Assembly: GCA_038897215.1 (NCBI GenBank)
Contig: JAWAWX010000001.1
Location: forward strand, 640,001 to 704,000
Direction: 5' to 3'
Length of the DNA stretch: 64,000 nt
DNA from: Acidilobaceae archaeon
GTDB lineage: Archaea; Thermoproteota; Thermoprotei_A; Sulfolobales; Acidilobaceae
Part shown: piece by piece, positions 19,322 through 30,268 of the stretch
Layout of the letters: each line of letters begins with the position of its first letter
How positions within the stretch are numbered: the first letter of the stretch is position 1
The notes under the pieces: generated by a model
The model's database searches: none
What the model saw: the letters and a program-made list of their open reading frames with translations, nothing else
Told to the model about the DNA's origin: nothing
Program-made: the position numbers and the translations under genes

Positions 19322-20244
19322 CTCTCGCCAAGTATGCCTAGCAAGAGAGCCATCCTCAGAGGCACGCCTAGCCTGGCTTGGAGAAAGTATGCAGCGAACG
19401 GGCTATAGTCGATCCTAGGGTCTATCTCGTCCACCTTTGGCAATGGGTGTAGAACCTTGAGGTCTGGCTTAGCCTCTCTAGCGAGGACATCAAAGTCTAT
19501 CCTGTAGCTACCACGTACTCTCTCGTACTCCTCGGGGTCAGCGAATCTCTCCTTCTGTATCCTGGTCACGTACATGACGTCGAGCTCTCCAAGCACTAGA
19601 GCGTAATCGGAGACCTCCCTGTACGCTACTCCCCTCTCTCTAAGCACCTCGAGTATCTCCTGGCGTGCTCTAAGCTGCGGGGGGGAGATTAGGTAGACTA
19701 GTCTGGGCTTGAATATCGTTAAGCCGAGGAGGAAGCTGGCTGCTGCTCTGCTATACTTCAGGTCCCCTACTACTCCCACCGTGAGGTCTCCTACGTCTCC
19801 CTTGAGCACTCTAAGCGTGTACAAGTCTAGCATCGCTTGAGTCGGGTGGTGGTGTTTCCCGTCGCCCGCGTTTATCACGGGGTTCTCGGCGATCTCCGCT
19901 GCTAGTCTAGCCGCTCCGTCGAACTTGTGTCTAACGACTATAGCGTCACTGTAAGCGTCAAGCATCCTTATAGTGTCAGCGAAGCTCTCCCCCTTAGCTA
20001 TGCTGGTAGCTTCCTCGCTAGAGAAGCCTATAGTCTCTCCTCCTAGCTTCTTGACAGCTGTCTCGAAGCTAAGCCTGGTTCTCGTAGAGGGCTCGAAGAA
20101 AGCGAGCGAAACGATCCTACCTTCTAGAGGCTTACCTCTAACTCCCTTCTTTCTAATCTCATCAGCAGTGTTGAAGAGCTCCTCTAACTCCTCTCGGCTG
20201 AAGTCTAAGATGGTGATGACGTCTCTTCTTCTAAGAAACACCAA
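19318..20244 (-). CDS. pyrB: Aspartate carbamoyltransferase catalytic chain
   Basis: [31 protein letters not shown]. Confidence 0.97.
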   Translation of the reverse strand: MVFLRRRDVITILDFSREELEELFNTADEIRKKGVRGKPLEGRIVSLAFFEPSTRTRLSFETAVKKLGGETIGFSSEEATSIAKGESFADTIRMLDAYSDAIVVRHKFDGAARLAAEIAENPVINAGDGKHHHPTQAMLDLYTLRVLKGDVGDLTVGVVGDLKYSRAAASFLLGLTIFKPRLVYLISPPQLRARQEILEVLRERGVAYREVSDYALVLGELDVMYVTRIQKERFADPEEYERVRGSYRIDFDVLAREAKPDLKVLHPLPKVDEIDPRIDYSPFAAYFLQARLGVPLRMALLLGILGES

Positions 20245-20401
20245 ACCGTACCCTCTAGTGCTGAGCCTAGTTCGAGCCTTATAGCTCTAGAAACTTGTAG
20301 AGTCCGCCAATTCCCCTCAGAGCCTCCTGGAACATCGGCTAGCAGTCAGTGACACAGATTATTAAGCGCCTGGAACTAACTGAAACACTGGGATACAGGC
20401 T

Positions 20402-21088
20402 ATGAATAGGTCTAGAGAAGGTGTTGCTTCTAGCGTGCGCGAGGTTCTAGTCAGCAGGCCTCACCTTAGAGAGTGCCTATCCGAGGGTGTAGTCAACTAC
20501 AGTGCTTTAGCGAGAGCTATACTCAAAGACGTTAGGAGAAAGCACCCTAACGCTTCTCTCTCCGCTATAAAGATGGCCTTGATTAGAGTTAGAAGCGAAC
20601 TCTCGGAGAGCGAGACTGCTCTAAGAGAGAGACTTAGAGGAGTGCTGGGCAGGAGCGTTCTTCAAGTACAGTCAGACCTCATAGTAGTCACCATAAAGAG
20701 GCACGCGCTCCTACCCAAGATACACGATGTAGCCAAGATACTGGACTTTGCTAGATTCATGCAGATTCTTCAAGGAGTCAACACCTTCACTCTCATCATC
20801 TCAGCGGAGAATTCCGAGGAGGTGTTCAGACTCGTCGAGAGAGAAGCCGTAGTCGAGGTGATAAGAGACCAAGCAGCAATCATAATAATAAGCCCGAGAG
20901 AGATCGTCGAGACCCCTGGAATAATAGCGTTCATCACTTCACTTTTATACGAGAACAATGTGAACATAACTCAGATAGTCTCGTGCCATGATGAGACGAT
21001 AATCTTAGTGTCCTCATCAGAGGTCACTAGAGCATTCCAAGTACTCGACCAGCTAATTAGAGCCATGAGAACCCAGAGTTCCACTTGA
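20402..21088 (+). CDS. ACT-domain protein with N-terminal HTH-like domain (putative amino-acid-responsive regulator)
   Basis: GVVNYSALAR...AIKMALIR helical N-domain; C-terminal ACT (ETPGII...NITQIVSC); directly upstream of argG. Confidence 0.75.
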   Translation: MNRSREGVASSVREVLVSRPHLRECLSEGVVNYSALARAILKDVRRKHPNASLSAIKMALIRVRSELSESETALRERLRGVLGRSVLQVQSDLIVVTIKRHALLPKIHDVAKILDFARFMQILQGVNTFTLIISAENSEEVFRLVEREAVVEVIRDQAAIIIISPREIVETPGIIAFITSLLYENNVNITQIVSCHDETIILVSSSEVTRAFQVLDQLIRAMRTQSST

Positions 21089-21106
21089 AACTCTATTCTC
21101 GAGCTA

Positions 21107-21124
21107 TGAAACCTATTTGTTACA
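21107..21124. promoter_or_regulatory. Putative operator TGAAAC-N6-GTTACA upstream of argG
   Basis: Imperfect palindrome just upstream of the AATAAATAAG TATA-like element; similar sites at 20381 and 36014. Confidence 0.4.
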
Positions 21125-21175
21125 AAAGGAATAAATAAGTTACTCTCCCAGAGGGTTCGACGTAGGGGTCGAGCT

Positions 21176-22354
21176 TTGAGAGTAGTCCTAGCTTTCTCCG
21201 GCGGGCTCGACACGTCAGTAATCCTCAAGCTACTCCAGGAAAGACTAGGAGCGGAAGTGGTCACAGTCACTGTAGATGTGGGTCAGCAAGACGACTTCGA
21301 GGCTATCGAGGAGAAAGCGCTCAAGCTTGGAGCCGTGAGACACTACTACATAGACGCTAGGCGGGAGTTCGCCGAGAACTACGTGTTCAAAGCGATCAAA
21401 GCCAACGCTCTCTATGATGGAGCATACCCGCTCTCCACAGCTCTCGCTAGACCACTGATAGCAGAGAAGGTAGTCGAGGTGGCTAGAAGAGAGGGGGCTG
21501 ATGCTGTAGCTCACGGGTGCACCGGAAAGGGGAACGACCAGATTAGATTCGATATAGCGATCAAGACTCTCGCGCCACACCTCAAGATCATAGCCCCCGT
21601 GAGAGAATGGGGGCTCACTAGAAGCTGGGAGTACGAGTACGCTATGAAGCACGGGATACCCGTGAGAGAGAAGGTCTACAGCATAGACGAGAACCTGTGG
21701 GGTAGGTCCATAGAGTCGGGGGTTCTAGAAGACCCCAGCGTAGAGCCCCCCGAGGAGGTGTTTGAGTGGACACTGCCCCCCGATAAAGCTCCCGACACGC
21801 CAGCGTACATAGACCTAGGCTTCGAGAAAGGAGTCCCAGTGTCAATCAACGGGGAGAGGATGGAGCCAGTGAAGCTGATAACTCTCATAAACAAGATAGC
21901 TGGACTTCACGGAGTAGGGAGAATAGATATGATAGAGAACAGAGTCCTCGGGCTCAAGAGCCGCGAGGTCTACGAGGCTCCAGCAGCCACAACCATAATA
22001 ACAGCGCACAAGGAGCTAGAGAGGCTAGTGTTGACGAAGAGACTCTTAGACTTCAAGGAGCTAGTGGACTCGGAGTGGGCTAAGCTAGTCTACCAGGGCC
22101 TTTGGTTCGACCCGCTGAGGATAGCTCTCGACGCCTTCATAGACATAGCGGAGGAGACGGTGACGGGCTCTGTGAGAGTGAAGCTCCACAAGGGAGCGGC
22201 TAGGGTTGTAGGAAGGAGCTCTGAGTACTCTCTCTACGACGAGGACTTGATCTCGTACTTCAAAGACCAGCTAGACCAGAAGCTAGCAGTAGGCTTCATA
22301 GAGTTCTTCGGGCTCCAGTCGGCTAGAGCCTACAGGAAGCTCTATGCTAAATAG
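21176..22354 (+). CDS. argG: Argininosuccinate synthase
   Basis: [36 protein letters not shown]. Confidence 0.97.
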   Translation: MRVVLAFSGGLDTSVILKLLQERLGAEVVTVTVDVGQQDDFEAIEEKALKLGAVRHYYIDARREFAENYVFKAIKANALYDGAYPLSTALARPLIAEKVVEVARREGADAVAHGCTGKGNDQIRFDIAIKTLAPHLKIIAPVREWGLTRSWEYEYAMKHGIPVREKVYSIDENLWGRSIESGVLEDPSVEPPEEVFEWTLPPDKAPDTPAYIDLGFEKGVPVSINGERMEPVKLITLINKIAGLHGVGRIDMIENRVLGLKSREVYEAPAATTIITAHKELERLVLTKRLLDFKELVDSEWAKLVYQGLWFDPLRIALDAFIDIAEETVTGSVRVKLHKGAARVVGRSSEYSLYDEDLISYFKDQLDQKLAVGFIEFFGLQSARAYRKLYAK

Positions 22355-22366
22355 CGGGGGCTCTCG

Positions 22367-23731
22367 TTGTATAGAGAGAAGCTACTGGGAGTAGCTGAGG
22401 CTCTGCCTTTCACGTACATCTCCTCCATGGAGACAGATAAGCTTATAGCCTGTGAGACTCTAGAGGTTGTGAAGGCTTACTTGAAAGGGCTCGTAAAAGC
22501 GGGAGCGGTCGACGAGCAGCTAGCCTCCTCGATAGAGGCAGAGCTTCTAGAGCTCCAGAGAGACCCAAGCCCTCTCTGGAGAGAGGAGGCAGCGGATATA
22601 CACGAGGCAATAGAATCCTACCTCGTCAAAAAGCTCGGCCTCGCGGCAAGCCAGATAGCTCTAGGCAGGAGTAGAAACGACCAGGTTGCTGCTGCTCTAC
22701 GCTTGAAGACCAAGACTCTGCTCTACGAGATCCTAGCGGAGATAGCAGAGCTCAGGAGAACGGCTCTAGACCTAGCTCTATCGAACCTCGAGACCCCGAT
22801 ACCAGCGTATACTCACGAGAGACCGGCTCAAGTCTCTAGCTTAGCCCATTACCTTTCGTACTTAGACGAGATGCTAGAAGACTACGAGAGAGTCTTGTCG
22901 AGCGTGCTAGAGATAGTGGATAAGTCACCTCTAGGAGCGGGCCCCGCAGCGGGCACCATGGTCCCCATCGATAGAGCCTACGTGTCCAGCCTCCTCTTCA
23001 GAGGCTTGGTTTACAATAGCCTCTACGCTTCTGGGAGCAGAGACTTCCTCATGCTAGCAGTAGCAGTAGCCGCTAGTCTTCTCGTAGCACTGTCGAGGAT
23101 AGCCTCAGACTTGATCTACTTCTCCTCCCCCGAGGCCGGCTTCCTAGAGCTTCCGTCCTCCCACCTAGACACTAGTAGCATAATGCCTCACAAGAAGAAC
23201 CCCGTGACTCTAGAGATTATCAGAGCGAGAGCCGGAGAAGCGGTAGGCCGTTTGGCCGGCATCATGAGCATAGCTAAGGGCTTGAGGTCAGGATACAGTC
23301 TAGACTTCCAGGAGGCTAACGACGACGCTCTCTATGTCCTGATAGAGGCTAAGAGAGCTCTAGCAGTTCTGAGAGACGCTCTCTCCAAGACCCGCGTCGA
23401 CTCGGAGCGCGCTAGAAGATACCTGGAGGAGTTTCAGCCAGTAGCGGCTGAGGTAGCGGAGCTACTGGCTCTCAAGACCGGTAAGCCTTTTAGAGAAGTC
23501 TACTGGGAGATAGCTAGAGCGATCAGAGAAGAGGGAGGCTTGGAGAGAGCTCTCGAGAAAATGGAGAAGCTCTACGGTGTCAGAGTCACTGTAGACGAGG
23601 CTCTACGCAAGCCTAGCGAGGGCTCGCCCAACCCGGACTATCTCAGGAGGCGCTTGGAGAGCAGGCTCGCGGAGGCTTCTCTGAGGTCCTCCGAGCTGAG
23701 GAAGATTCTGGAGTCTGCGAGGTGTAGGTGA
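22367..23731 (+). CDS. argH: Argininosuccinate lyase
   Basis: GRSRNDQ, SPLGAG, SSIMPHKKNP signature. Confidence 0.93.
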   Translation: MYREKLLGVAEALPFTYISSMETDKLIACETLEVVKAYLKGLVKAGAVDEQLASSIEAELLELQRDPSPLWREEAADIHEAIESYLVKKLGLAASQIALGRSRNDQVAAALRLKTKTLLYEILAEIAELRRTALDLALSNLETPIPAYTHERPAQVSSLAHYLSYLDEMLEDYERVLSSVLEIVDKSPLGAGPAAGTMVPIDRAYVSSLLFRGLVYNSLYASGSRDFLMLAVAVAASLLVALSRIASDLIYFSSPEAGFLELPSSHLDTSSIMPHKKNPVTLEIIRARAGEAVGRLAGIMSIAKGLRSGYSLDFQEANDDALYVLIEAKRALAVLRDALSKTRVDSERARRYLEEFQPVAAEVAELLALKTGKPFREVYWEIARAIREEGGLERALEKMEKLYGVRVTVDEALRKPSEGSPNPDYLRRRLESRLAEASLRSSELRKILESARCR

Positions 23732-24864
23732 GAGCCGTGGAGGGCTATCTAGTGCTCGAAGACGGGCTCGTAGTCAGAGGCGAGGGCTTCGGAGCACCCG
23801 GAGTAGCCGTAGGCGAGGTCGTCTTCAGCACAGCTCAAGTAGGCTATCCCGAGAGTCTAACAGACCCATCGTATAGAGGGCAGATCCTAATCCTATCCCA
23901 CCCCATGGTTGGAAACTATGGAGTCCCCGAGAAGAGCATAACCCTCCACAAGATCCCGCTCCACTTCGAGTCCGATAGAATCCAGGTAGCCGGGCTCGTC
24001 ATCTCCACTCTAACGAGACCAAGCCACTACGCGTCAGCAATGAGCCTCGACGAGTGGCTGAGAAGAGAGGGAATCCCAGGGCTCCAGGGAGTAGATACAA
24101 GGATGCTCATAAAGAGGATCAGAGAGCGCGGCGTCATGAGAGGAGCCCTCATTGTAGGCAAGCCTCTCGAGAGCGTAGACGAGGTCCTCGAGGAGGTGAG
24201 GAGATTCGACTACGAGAGGCTCAACTTCGTGAGAGAAGTGACGGTCAAAGAGCCAGTGGTTCACAGAAACCCGCACGCGAGCAAGCGGCTAATCCTCTTA
24301 GACTTCGGCGTTAAGTATGGCATCTTGAGAGCGCTCCTAGACAAGGGATTTGAAGTAATCAGAGTCCCCTACGACTCCGACCCGCTTAGATACTACTACG
24401 AGTTCGAGGCAGACGGAGTCGTGGTAAGCAATGGCCCCGGAAACCCTAGGTATCTAGCGGAGAGCACTGACGTCTTGGAGAAGCTGAGAGCAGTCATAGA
24501 GAACGGAGTGCCGACTCTAGGCATATGTCTAGGCAACCAGCTACTATCTATGAGCCTAGGGGCTAGCGTGTTCAAGCTGAAGTACGGGCATAGAGGCATA
24601 AACAAGCCCGTCTACGACCTCAAATCAGGCTTTGGGTTCGTCACGACGCAGAACCATGGCTACGCTGTAGACCTGTCTAGCGCTAGAGGCCTCAGATTGT
24701 GGATGGTAAACATCGACGACAAGACAGTCGAAGGGTTCCTTCACGAGAGTAAGCCTGTACTAGCCGTGCAATTCCATCCAGAAGCCTCTCCGGGCCCGTG
24801 GGACTCAACGTGGGTCTTCGAATACTTCAAGAAGATCGTGGAGAAGGTGGGGAGAAGTGCCTAG
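23728..24864 (+). CDS. carA: Carbamoyl-phosphate synthase small subunit
   Basis: TDPSYRGQ, SNGPGNP, GICLGNQ, QFHPEASPGP. Confidence 0.97.
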   Translation: MRAVEGYLVLEDGLVVRGEGFGAPGVAVGEVVFSTAQVGYPESLTDPSYRGQILILSHPMVGNYGVPEKSITLHKIPLHFESDRIQVAGLVISTLTRPSHYASAMSLDEWLRREGIPGLQGVDTRMLIKRIRERGVMRGALIVGKPLESVDEVLEEVRRFDYERLNFVREVTVKEPVVHRNPHASKRLILLDFGVKYGILRALLDKGFEVIRVPYDSDPLRYYYEFEADGVVVSNGPGNPRYLAESTDVLEKLRAVIENGVPTLGICLGNQLLSMSLGASVFKLKYGHRGINKPVYDLKSGFGFVTTQNHGYAVDLSSARGLRLWMVNIDDKTVEGFLHESKPVLAVQFHPEASPGPWDSTWVFEYFKKIVEKVGRSA

Positions 24865-27800
24865 AGAGTCTGTCAGCAAGGTTTTAGTGATAGGCTCGGG
24901 AGCCATAAAGATAGCTGAAGCAGCCGAGTTCGACTACAGCGGCTCTCAAGCCCTCAAAGCTCTCAAAGAAGAGGGGATTAAGAGTATTCTGATAAATCCT
25001 AACGTGGCGACAATCCAGACTAGCCACGAGCTAGCCGACAGAGTATATCTAATCCCCCTCACTCTAAAAGACGTCTCTAAGGTGATAGAAGCAGAGAGAC
25101 CAGATGGCATAATGGTAGGCTTCGGGGGGCAATCGGCTCTATCTCTAGGAGTAGCTCTCTACGACTCCGGGGTTCTCGAGAAGTATGGAGTCAAGGTTCT
25201 AGGGACTCCCATAGAGGGGATAAGGAGAGCTCTAGATAGAGAACTCTTCAAGAAAACAATGATAGAACACGGTCTCCCCGTGCCTCCCAGCAAGCCCGTG
25301 ACGACTCTAGAGGAGGCTCTAGAGGCGGGCGACGAGATAGGGTATCCTGTGATAGTTAGGGTTAGCTTCAACCTAGGCGGTAGAGGGTCGTTCATAGCCT
25401 GGAGTAGAGGAGAGCTCAGAGAGAAGATCTACAAAGCTATGGCTCACAGCGAGATCCGAAAGCTACTCGTAGAGAAGTATCTCCACCACTGGAAGGAGAT
25501 AGAGTATGAGGTCATGAGGGACAAAGTCGGGCAGAGCGTGGCCGTCGCGTGTTTAGAGAACGTGGACCCCATGGGGGTCCACACGGGAGACTCAATAGTA
25601 GTAGCTCCTTGCCAGACTCTAACCGATAGAGAGTACCAGCTTCTCAGAAAAGCCTCCATAGCGGTCGCTGACTCAATAGGCTTGATCGGAGAGTGCAACG
25701 TGCAGCTAGCTCTAGATCCCACATCTGAACTCTACTATATCATAGAGACAAATCCCAGAATGAGTAGAAGTAGCGCTCTAGCTAGCAAAGCCACAGGCTA
25801 CCCTCTAGCATACATTGCTGCCAAGCTAGCGCTAGGGTATACTCTAGACGAGCTTAAGAATAAGGTTACGGGGGTCACGACTGCTCTCTTCGAGCCCAGT
25901 CTCGACTACGTAGTCGTGAAGGTCCCCAGATGGGATCTCGAGAAGTTCGTGGGAGCAGAAAGAAGTCTGGGTAGCGAGATGATGAGTGTTGGCGAAGTCA
26001 TGGCTATAGGGAGGAATCTCCACGAGGCTTTCCAGAAAGCTATCAGAATGCTCGATATACGCGATGAACTCATAGGAGAATACTACGAGCAAGAAGAGCC
26101 TCTCGAAGCCGTCTTGGGAAGGCTGAGAAGGAGAGAGCCGTATACAATAATGCATATAGCTAAGGCTTTGAAGCTAGGAGCCACGGTAGAAGAGATATAT
26201 GAAGCTAGCGGGGTAGACAAGTACTTCATATATGTCATAGAGGATATAGTCAATGTAGCTGAAGCTCTTAAAAGAAACCCATCGAGAGAACTCGTCGAGA
26301 AAGCTAGGAGATTAGGGTTCACCTGCGAGCAAATCAAGAAGCTAGCCGGTAGAGACGTTGACTGTGAGAGGCCACGCGTTAAGCAGATAGATACTCTAGC
26401 TGGAGAGTGGCCTGCATCCACGAACTATCTCTACGTGAGTCACGATGCTAGCGAGGACGACGTCGAGCCAGCCTCCCACCCTAAAATCATGATCCTAGGT
26501 TCCGGGACGTTTAGAATAGGTGTTAGCGTAGAGTTCGACTGGGCTACAGTCAGCTTCCTAAAGGCGGCTAAGAGGAGAGGCTTCAAGGTGATAATGGTTA
26601 ACTACAACCCCGAAACAGTCTCTACAGACTGGGATGTTAGCGATAGACTATACTTCGAGGAGCTAGCTCTAGAGAGAGTCCTCGATATACATGATTTCGA
26701 GAAACCTGACTACGTTGTAGCCTTTGCAGGAGGCCAGATCCCAAACAATATAGCTAGGAAACTGGAGGAGAGAGGAGTTAAGCTTCTTGGGACGAGCGGG
26801 AGAAGCGTCGACATAGCTGAGGATAGAGCAAAGTTCTCCAAGCTACTCGATAAGCTCGGAATACGTCAACCAGAGTGGATAGAGGCTAAGAGTCTTGAGG
26901 AAGCTCTCAGATTCGCTGAAAGCGTCGGGTATCCCGTTATAGTAAGACCTAGCTACATCATAGGAGGCATGGCTGTGAGACTCGTTAAAGATAGAGACGA
27001 GCTAGAGTCATTCCTGAAACTTGCTAGAGACGTATCGAGAGAGCACCCTGTAGTAGTGTCTAAGTACATAGAGGGGATGGAGGTAGAGGTGGATGCTGTA
27101 TCAGACGCGTCTAGAGTTGTTGGAGTTCTCTCAGAGCACATCGAGCCAGCAGGTGTTCATAGTGGAGACGCTACACACGTAACTCCCCTCGTGAAGACTC
27201 CCCCAGAGTCAGCTAAGGAGATGAAGGAGATAGCCTTGAGTTTAGCCATAGAGCTCGGCATAAGAGGACCCTTCAACATACAATACGTAGTTGATGAGAA
27301 GAAGAGAGTCTACGTGATAGAGCTAAACCTAAGAGCAAGCAGGTCTATGCCCTTCGCCAGCAAGAGTAGAGGCGTAGACTTCATGGAACTCGCTGCTCAA
27401 GCAACACTAGATGGTAGCATAAAGCTAGGAGAGCCAGGAGAGTTCTACGAGATCCCAGCTAAGGCATACGCGGTTAAGACTCCCCAGTTCTCCTGGGCTC
27501 AGATTAGAGGAGCCTACCCGTTCCTCGGACCCGAGATGAGGTCTACCGGTGAAGTCGCGGCTCTCGACTCAGACTACCTCCTAGCTTTAATTAAGAGCTG
27601 GCTAGCAGCTAAGCCGAATAAAGTCCCATCGAGAGGAGCACTAGTGTACACGTACTCCAACGGCTCGAACACTCTTAACGTGACGGCTAAGATTCTCGAG
27701 AAGCTAGGAGTCAAAGTCTATACTCTAGAGGGCGCTCTCACGAGAGTAGGAGAGCCTATCACTAAGGAGGAGGCCCTAAAGCTAATCAGAGAGGGTAGCG

Positions 27801-28000
27801 TAGACCTGGTGGCCACATCGGGCTTCACTCCAGACCTCGACTACAAGATAAGAAGGCTTGCTGTAGACATGAATATACCCATAGTCCTAGACTCCACTCT
27901 AGCTCTAGAGCTAGCTCGAGCTATGGAGAGACTAGCGGTGAGGGGAGACTATGAGGTGAGAGAAGTCTCGGAGTACTGGGTCTTCACTAGGTCGCTCTAA
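24857..28000 (+). CDS. carB: Carbamoyl-phosphate synthase large subunit
   Basis: AEFDYSG, NPRMSRSSALASKATG, duplicated ATP-grasp, MRSTGEV. Confidence 0.97.
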   Translation: MPRESVSKVLVIGSGAIKIAEAAEFDYSGSQALKALKEEGIKSILINPNVATIQTSHELADRVYLIPLTLKDVSKVIEAERPDGIMVGFGGQSALSLGVALYDSGVLEKYGVKVLGTPIEGIRRALDRELFKKTMIEHGLPVPPSKPVTTLEEALEAGDEIGYPVIVRVSFNLGGRGSFIAWSRGELREKIYKAMAHSEIRKLLVEKYLHHWKEIEYEVMRDKVGQSVAVACLENVDPMGVHTGDSIVVAPCQTLTDREYQLLRKASIAVADSIGLIGECNVQLALDPTSELYYIIETNPRMSRSSALASKATGYPLAYIAAKLALGYTLDELKNKVTGVTTALFEPSLDYVVVKVPRWDLEKFVGAERSLGSEMMSVGEVMAIGRNLHEAFQKAIRMLDIRDELIGEYYEQEEPLEAVLGRLRRREPYTIMHIAKALKLGATVEEIYEASGVDKYFIYVIEDIVNVAEALKRNPSRELVEKARRLGFTCEQIKKLAGRDVDCERPRVKQIDTLAGEWPASTNYLYVSHDASEDDVEPASHPKIMILGSGTFRIGVSVEFDWATVSFLKAAKRRGFKVIMVNYNPETVSTDWDVSDRLYFEELALERVLDIHDFEKPDYVVAFAGGQIPNNIARKLEERGVKLLGTSGRSVDIAEDRAKFSKLLDKLGIRQPEWIEAKSLEEALRFAESVGYPVIVRPSYIIGGMAVRLVKDRDELESFLKLARDVSREHPVVVSKYIEGMEVEVDAVSDASRVVGVLSEHIEPAGVHSGDATHVTPLVKTPPESAKEMKEIALSLAIELGIRGPFNIQYVVDEKKRVYVIELNLRASRSMPFASKSRGVDFMELAAQATLDGSIKLGEPGEFYEIPAKAYAVKTPQFSWAQIRGAYPFLGPEMRSTGEVAALDSDYLLALIKSWLAAKPNKVPSRGALVYTYSNGSNTLNVTAKILEKLGVKVYTLEGALTRVGEPITKEEALKLIREGSVDLVATSGFTPDLDYKIRRLAVDMNIPIVLDSTLALELARAMERLAVRGDYEVREVSEYWVFTRSL

Positions 28001-28095
28001 GAGAGCACCACGTAGCATAAAGCCTGAGCGCGCCGAAAAAGCTCTCAGCTCGCTTATTAGCTCTCGAGAAGGCTTCGGCTTCTTATAGGCGATGA

Positions 28096-29328
28096 GTGTT
28101 GCCTAGAGTCTCAATGAGCTACAACACTCTGCTAGATGAGATCGAGGAGGCTCCGACAGTCTCTCTGCTCAGAATCGCTGAGGAGCTGAGGAGAAGCGGA
28201 GCAGACCCCATAATGCTTCTAGCAGGAGAGCCTGGTGTGCCCCCGCCTCTAGAAGTCAGAGAGATGCTTTGCGAAGCTCTCAGAGTAGAGTCGATGAGCC
28301 TCTACTCCTACACGCCGTCGGAGGGGGTGGCTGAGCTGAGGGAAGCCATAGCCTACGACTTGAAGGAGCTAGGGGGGATCGATGTCAAGCCCTCGCAGAT
28401 AGTTATCACAGCGGGAGGCCAGGGAGCGATGTTCTCTTCTCTAGCAGCGATCGCTAGAGAGGGGGACGAGGTCATCCTCGTAGACCCAACCTACTTCGGC
28501 TACAACGGGCTGATCAAGTTCTTCAAGCTTAGAGCTCGACGTATCATTGCTCCAGCCGAGAGAGGCTTCCAACCGGACCCGGAGGCCTTGAAGGAGGCGA
28601 TCAGCCCGGGTAGAACTAAAGCAGTCATCCTCGTCAGTCCAGACAACCCAACGGGCAGGCTTCTCGATAGAAGCGTTGCTAGAGCTATAGCGGAGATAGC
28701 TCAAGACTACGGGCTCTGGATTCTCTATGACGAGCCCTACAAGACTCTGGTCTACGAGGGCGAGCACGTCTACCTCTACGAGCTCGCTCCAGAGAACGTC
28801 CTAGCTCTCAACGCTTTCAGCAAAGACCCGGGCATTCCGGGCTGGAGGCTGGGCTACGTTTACGGGCCGGAGTGGCTGATGAAGAGAGTCGCTATAGCGT
28901 CAGAGGTCTCCGTCTACAACCCCCCCTCTATAGCGCAGGAGCTAGCGCTAAGGTATCTCAGGAATAGAGAGCTAAGGAGGAGGCACATAGAGAGAGTTAG
29001 AAGCATATACGTCGAGCGCAGAGATGTGATGCTTAGAGAGGCGAGCAAGCTTAGAGAAGCGCGGTTCATCAAGCCTGGTGGAGCCATGTTTCTCTTCGTA
29101 GACCTCTCAGCCTACCTGGAGAGAGCGGGCATGACTTCAGAGCAGCTAGCGGAGAAGCTACTAGTAGAGAAGCACGTAGCGACAGTCCCCGGTAGCTTCT
29201 TCGGAGAGTCTACCAGGAGATACCTGAGGCTAACGTTCACCACAGAGACCCCGGAGAGGATCAAGGAGGGGGTCGCGAGGCTCAGAGAGCTACTAGAGGA
29301 GTCCACGACTACCACTCAAAGATTCTGA
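28096..29328 (+). CDS. Class I/II PLP aminotransferase (aspartate aminotransferase-like)
   Basis: SPDNPTG, YDEPY, FSKDPGIPGWRLGY. Confidence 0.9.
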   Translation: MLPRVSMSYNTLLDEIEEAPTVSLLRIAEELRRSGADPIMLLAGEPGVPPPLEVREMLCEALRVESMSLYSYTPSEGVAELREAIAYDLKELGGIDVKPSQIVITAGGQGAMFSSLAAIAREGDEVILVDPTYFGYNGLIKFFKLRARRIIAPAERGFQPDPEALKEAISPGRTKAVILVSPDNPTGRLLDRSVARAIAEIAQDYGLWILYDEPYKTLVYEGEHVYLYELAPENVLALNAFSKDPGIPGWRLGYVYGPEWLMKRVAIASEVSVYNPPSIAQELALRYLRNRELRRRHIERVRSIYVERRDVMLREASKLREARFIKPGGAMFLFVDLSAYLERAGMTSEQLAEKLLVEKHVATVPGSFFGESTRRYLRLTFTTETPERIKEGVARLRELLEESTTTTQRF

Positions 29329-29484
29329 AATTATGTAATTACGAAAACTATATAGCACGTAGTAACTGACAGATACCCGGTAGTAGCCTCTAGCGTAGGA
29401 GGAGAGCATCCTCCACTTCGGAGGTGATGCTTTATAGGCAAGAGTAAAGCCTTCATAAGCTATGTTCTCTGGAAAGGGTCCTGT

Positions 29485-30168
29485 ATGCTAGCCGAGGTGC
29501 TAAAAGAGTCTTGCGGAGGCAACCCCACGGCTATAGTAGCTAGAGTCCTCAGAATTAGAGATGGGGACCAGCATCTAGAAGCATGGCTTAGAGTCAGCTT
29601 CGACGACTGGAGCCTCTTCGATCACTTCGAGAGGTCTCTTTTCAAGAGGAAGGTTAAGAGCACGGTCGTGTACAGGGGGAAGAATAACGTAGTCCTATGG
29701 GCTAGGTACGCTTTAAGCACGTCGTGCAGAAGCTGCCTTCTGGTAAGCCCTCCCAGTAGATGCATGCTGAAGACCACGCTGGTGACGCCCGTAGGCGTAA
29801 TACACGAGATCCTCCACATGAACTCAAGCATAGCACACAACGGCCGCAAAGACACAATGGTCCTCATATCGGGTAGCATAAGGGAGATGATGAACTACAT
29901 GCTGACTCCTAGAGAGCAAGAAGTCATATACACAGCGTACTCAAAAGGCTACTACGAGTCTCCCAGAGAGACCACGCTACAAGAGCTAGCCAGAGAACTC
30001 AAGATCAGCGTCTCGACTCTAAACGAAGTTTTGAGAAGTGGAGAGAGGAAGATCATCGAGGCTTTCATAAAACACGACATGCCGCACTTAATGTTTAAAC
30101 GAATACTAGCGAAAGCATGGATTGAGATACCTCAAAGCTCTACTACTAGTAGCGCGAAGAGCGCGTAA
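29485..30168 (+). CDS. Bat/HTH-10 family transcriptional regulator
   Basis: LTPREQEVIYTAYSKGYYESPRETTLQELARELKISVSTLNEVLRSGERKI; Cys-rich N-domain (CRSC...C). Confidence 0.85.
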   Translation: MLAEVLKESCGGNPTAIVARVLRIRDGDQHLEAWLRVSFDDWSLFDHFERSLFKRKVKSTVVYRGKNNVVLWARYALSTSCRSCLLVSPPSRCMLKTTLVTPVGVIHEILHMNSSIAHNGRKDTMVLISGSIREMMNYMLTPREQEVIYTAYSKGYYESPRETTLQELARELKISVSTLNEVLRSGERKIIEAFIKHDMPHLMFKRILAKAWIEIPQSSTTSSAKSA

Positions 30169-30202
30169 GAGAGGCGCAACCTTCTGGAGAGCCCTAGAGA
30201 GC

Positions 30203-30216
30203 CCGAAAGGTTTCGG
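30203..30216. promoter_or_regulatory. Perfect inverted repeat CCGAAA-GG-TTTCGG upstream of TATA box
   Basis: Lies 8 nt upstream of TATATATT (30224) of the 30269 gene, a typical activator position. Confidence 0.55.
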
Positions 30217-30268
30217 AACCAGCTATATATTTCTTTTTGAAAATAATTCAAATAATAGAATTGAGTAG

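Noticed and set aside
29406-29430. Hairpin GCATC-CTCC-acttc-GGAG-gt-GATGC as a small RNA
   Set aside because: A single short hairpin next to a TATA-like TTTATA; not enough support to call an RNA or terminator
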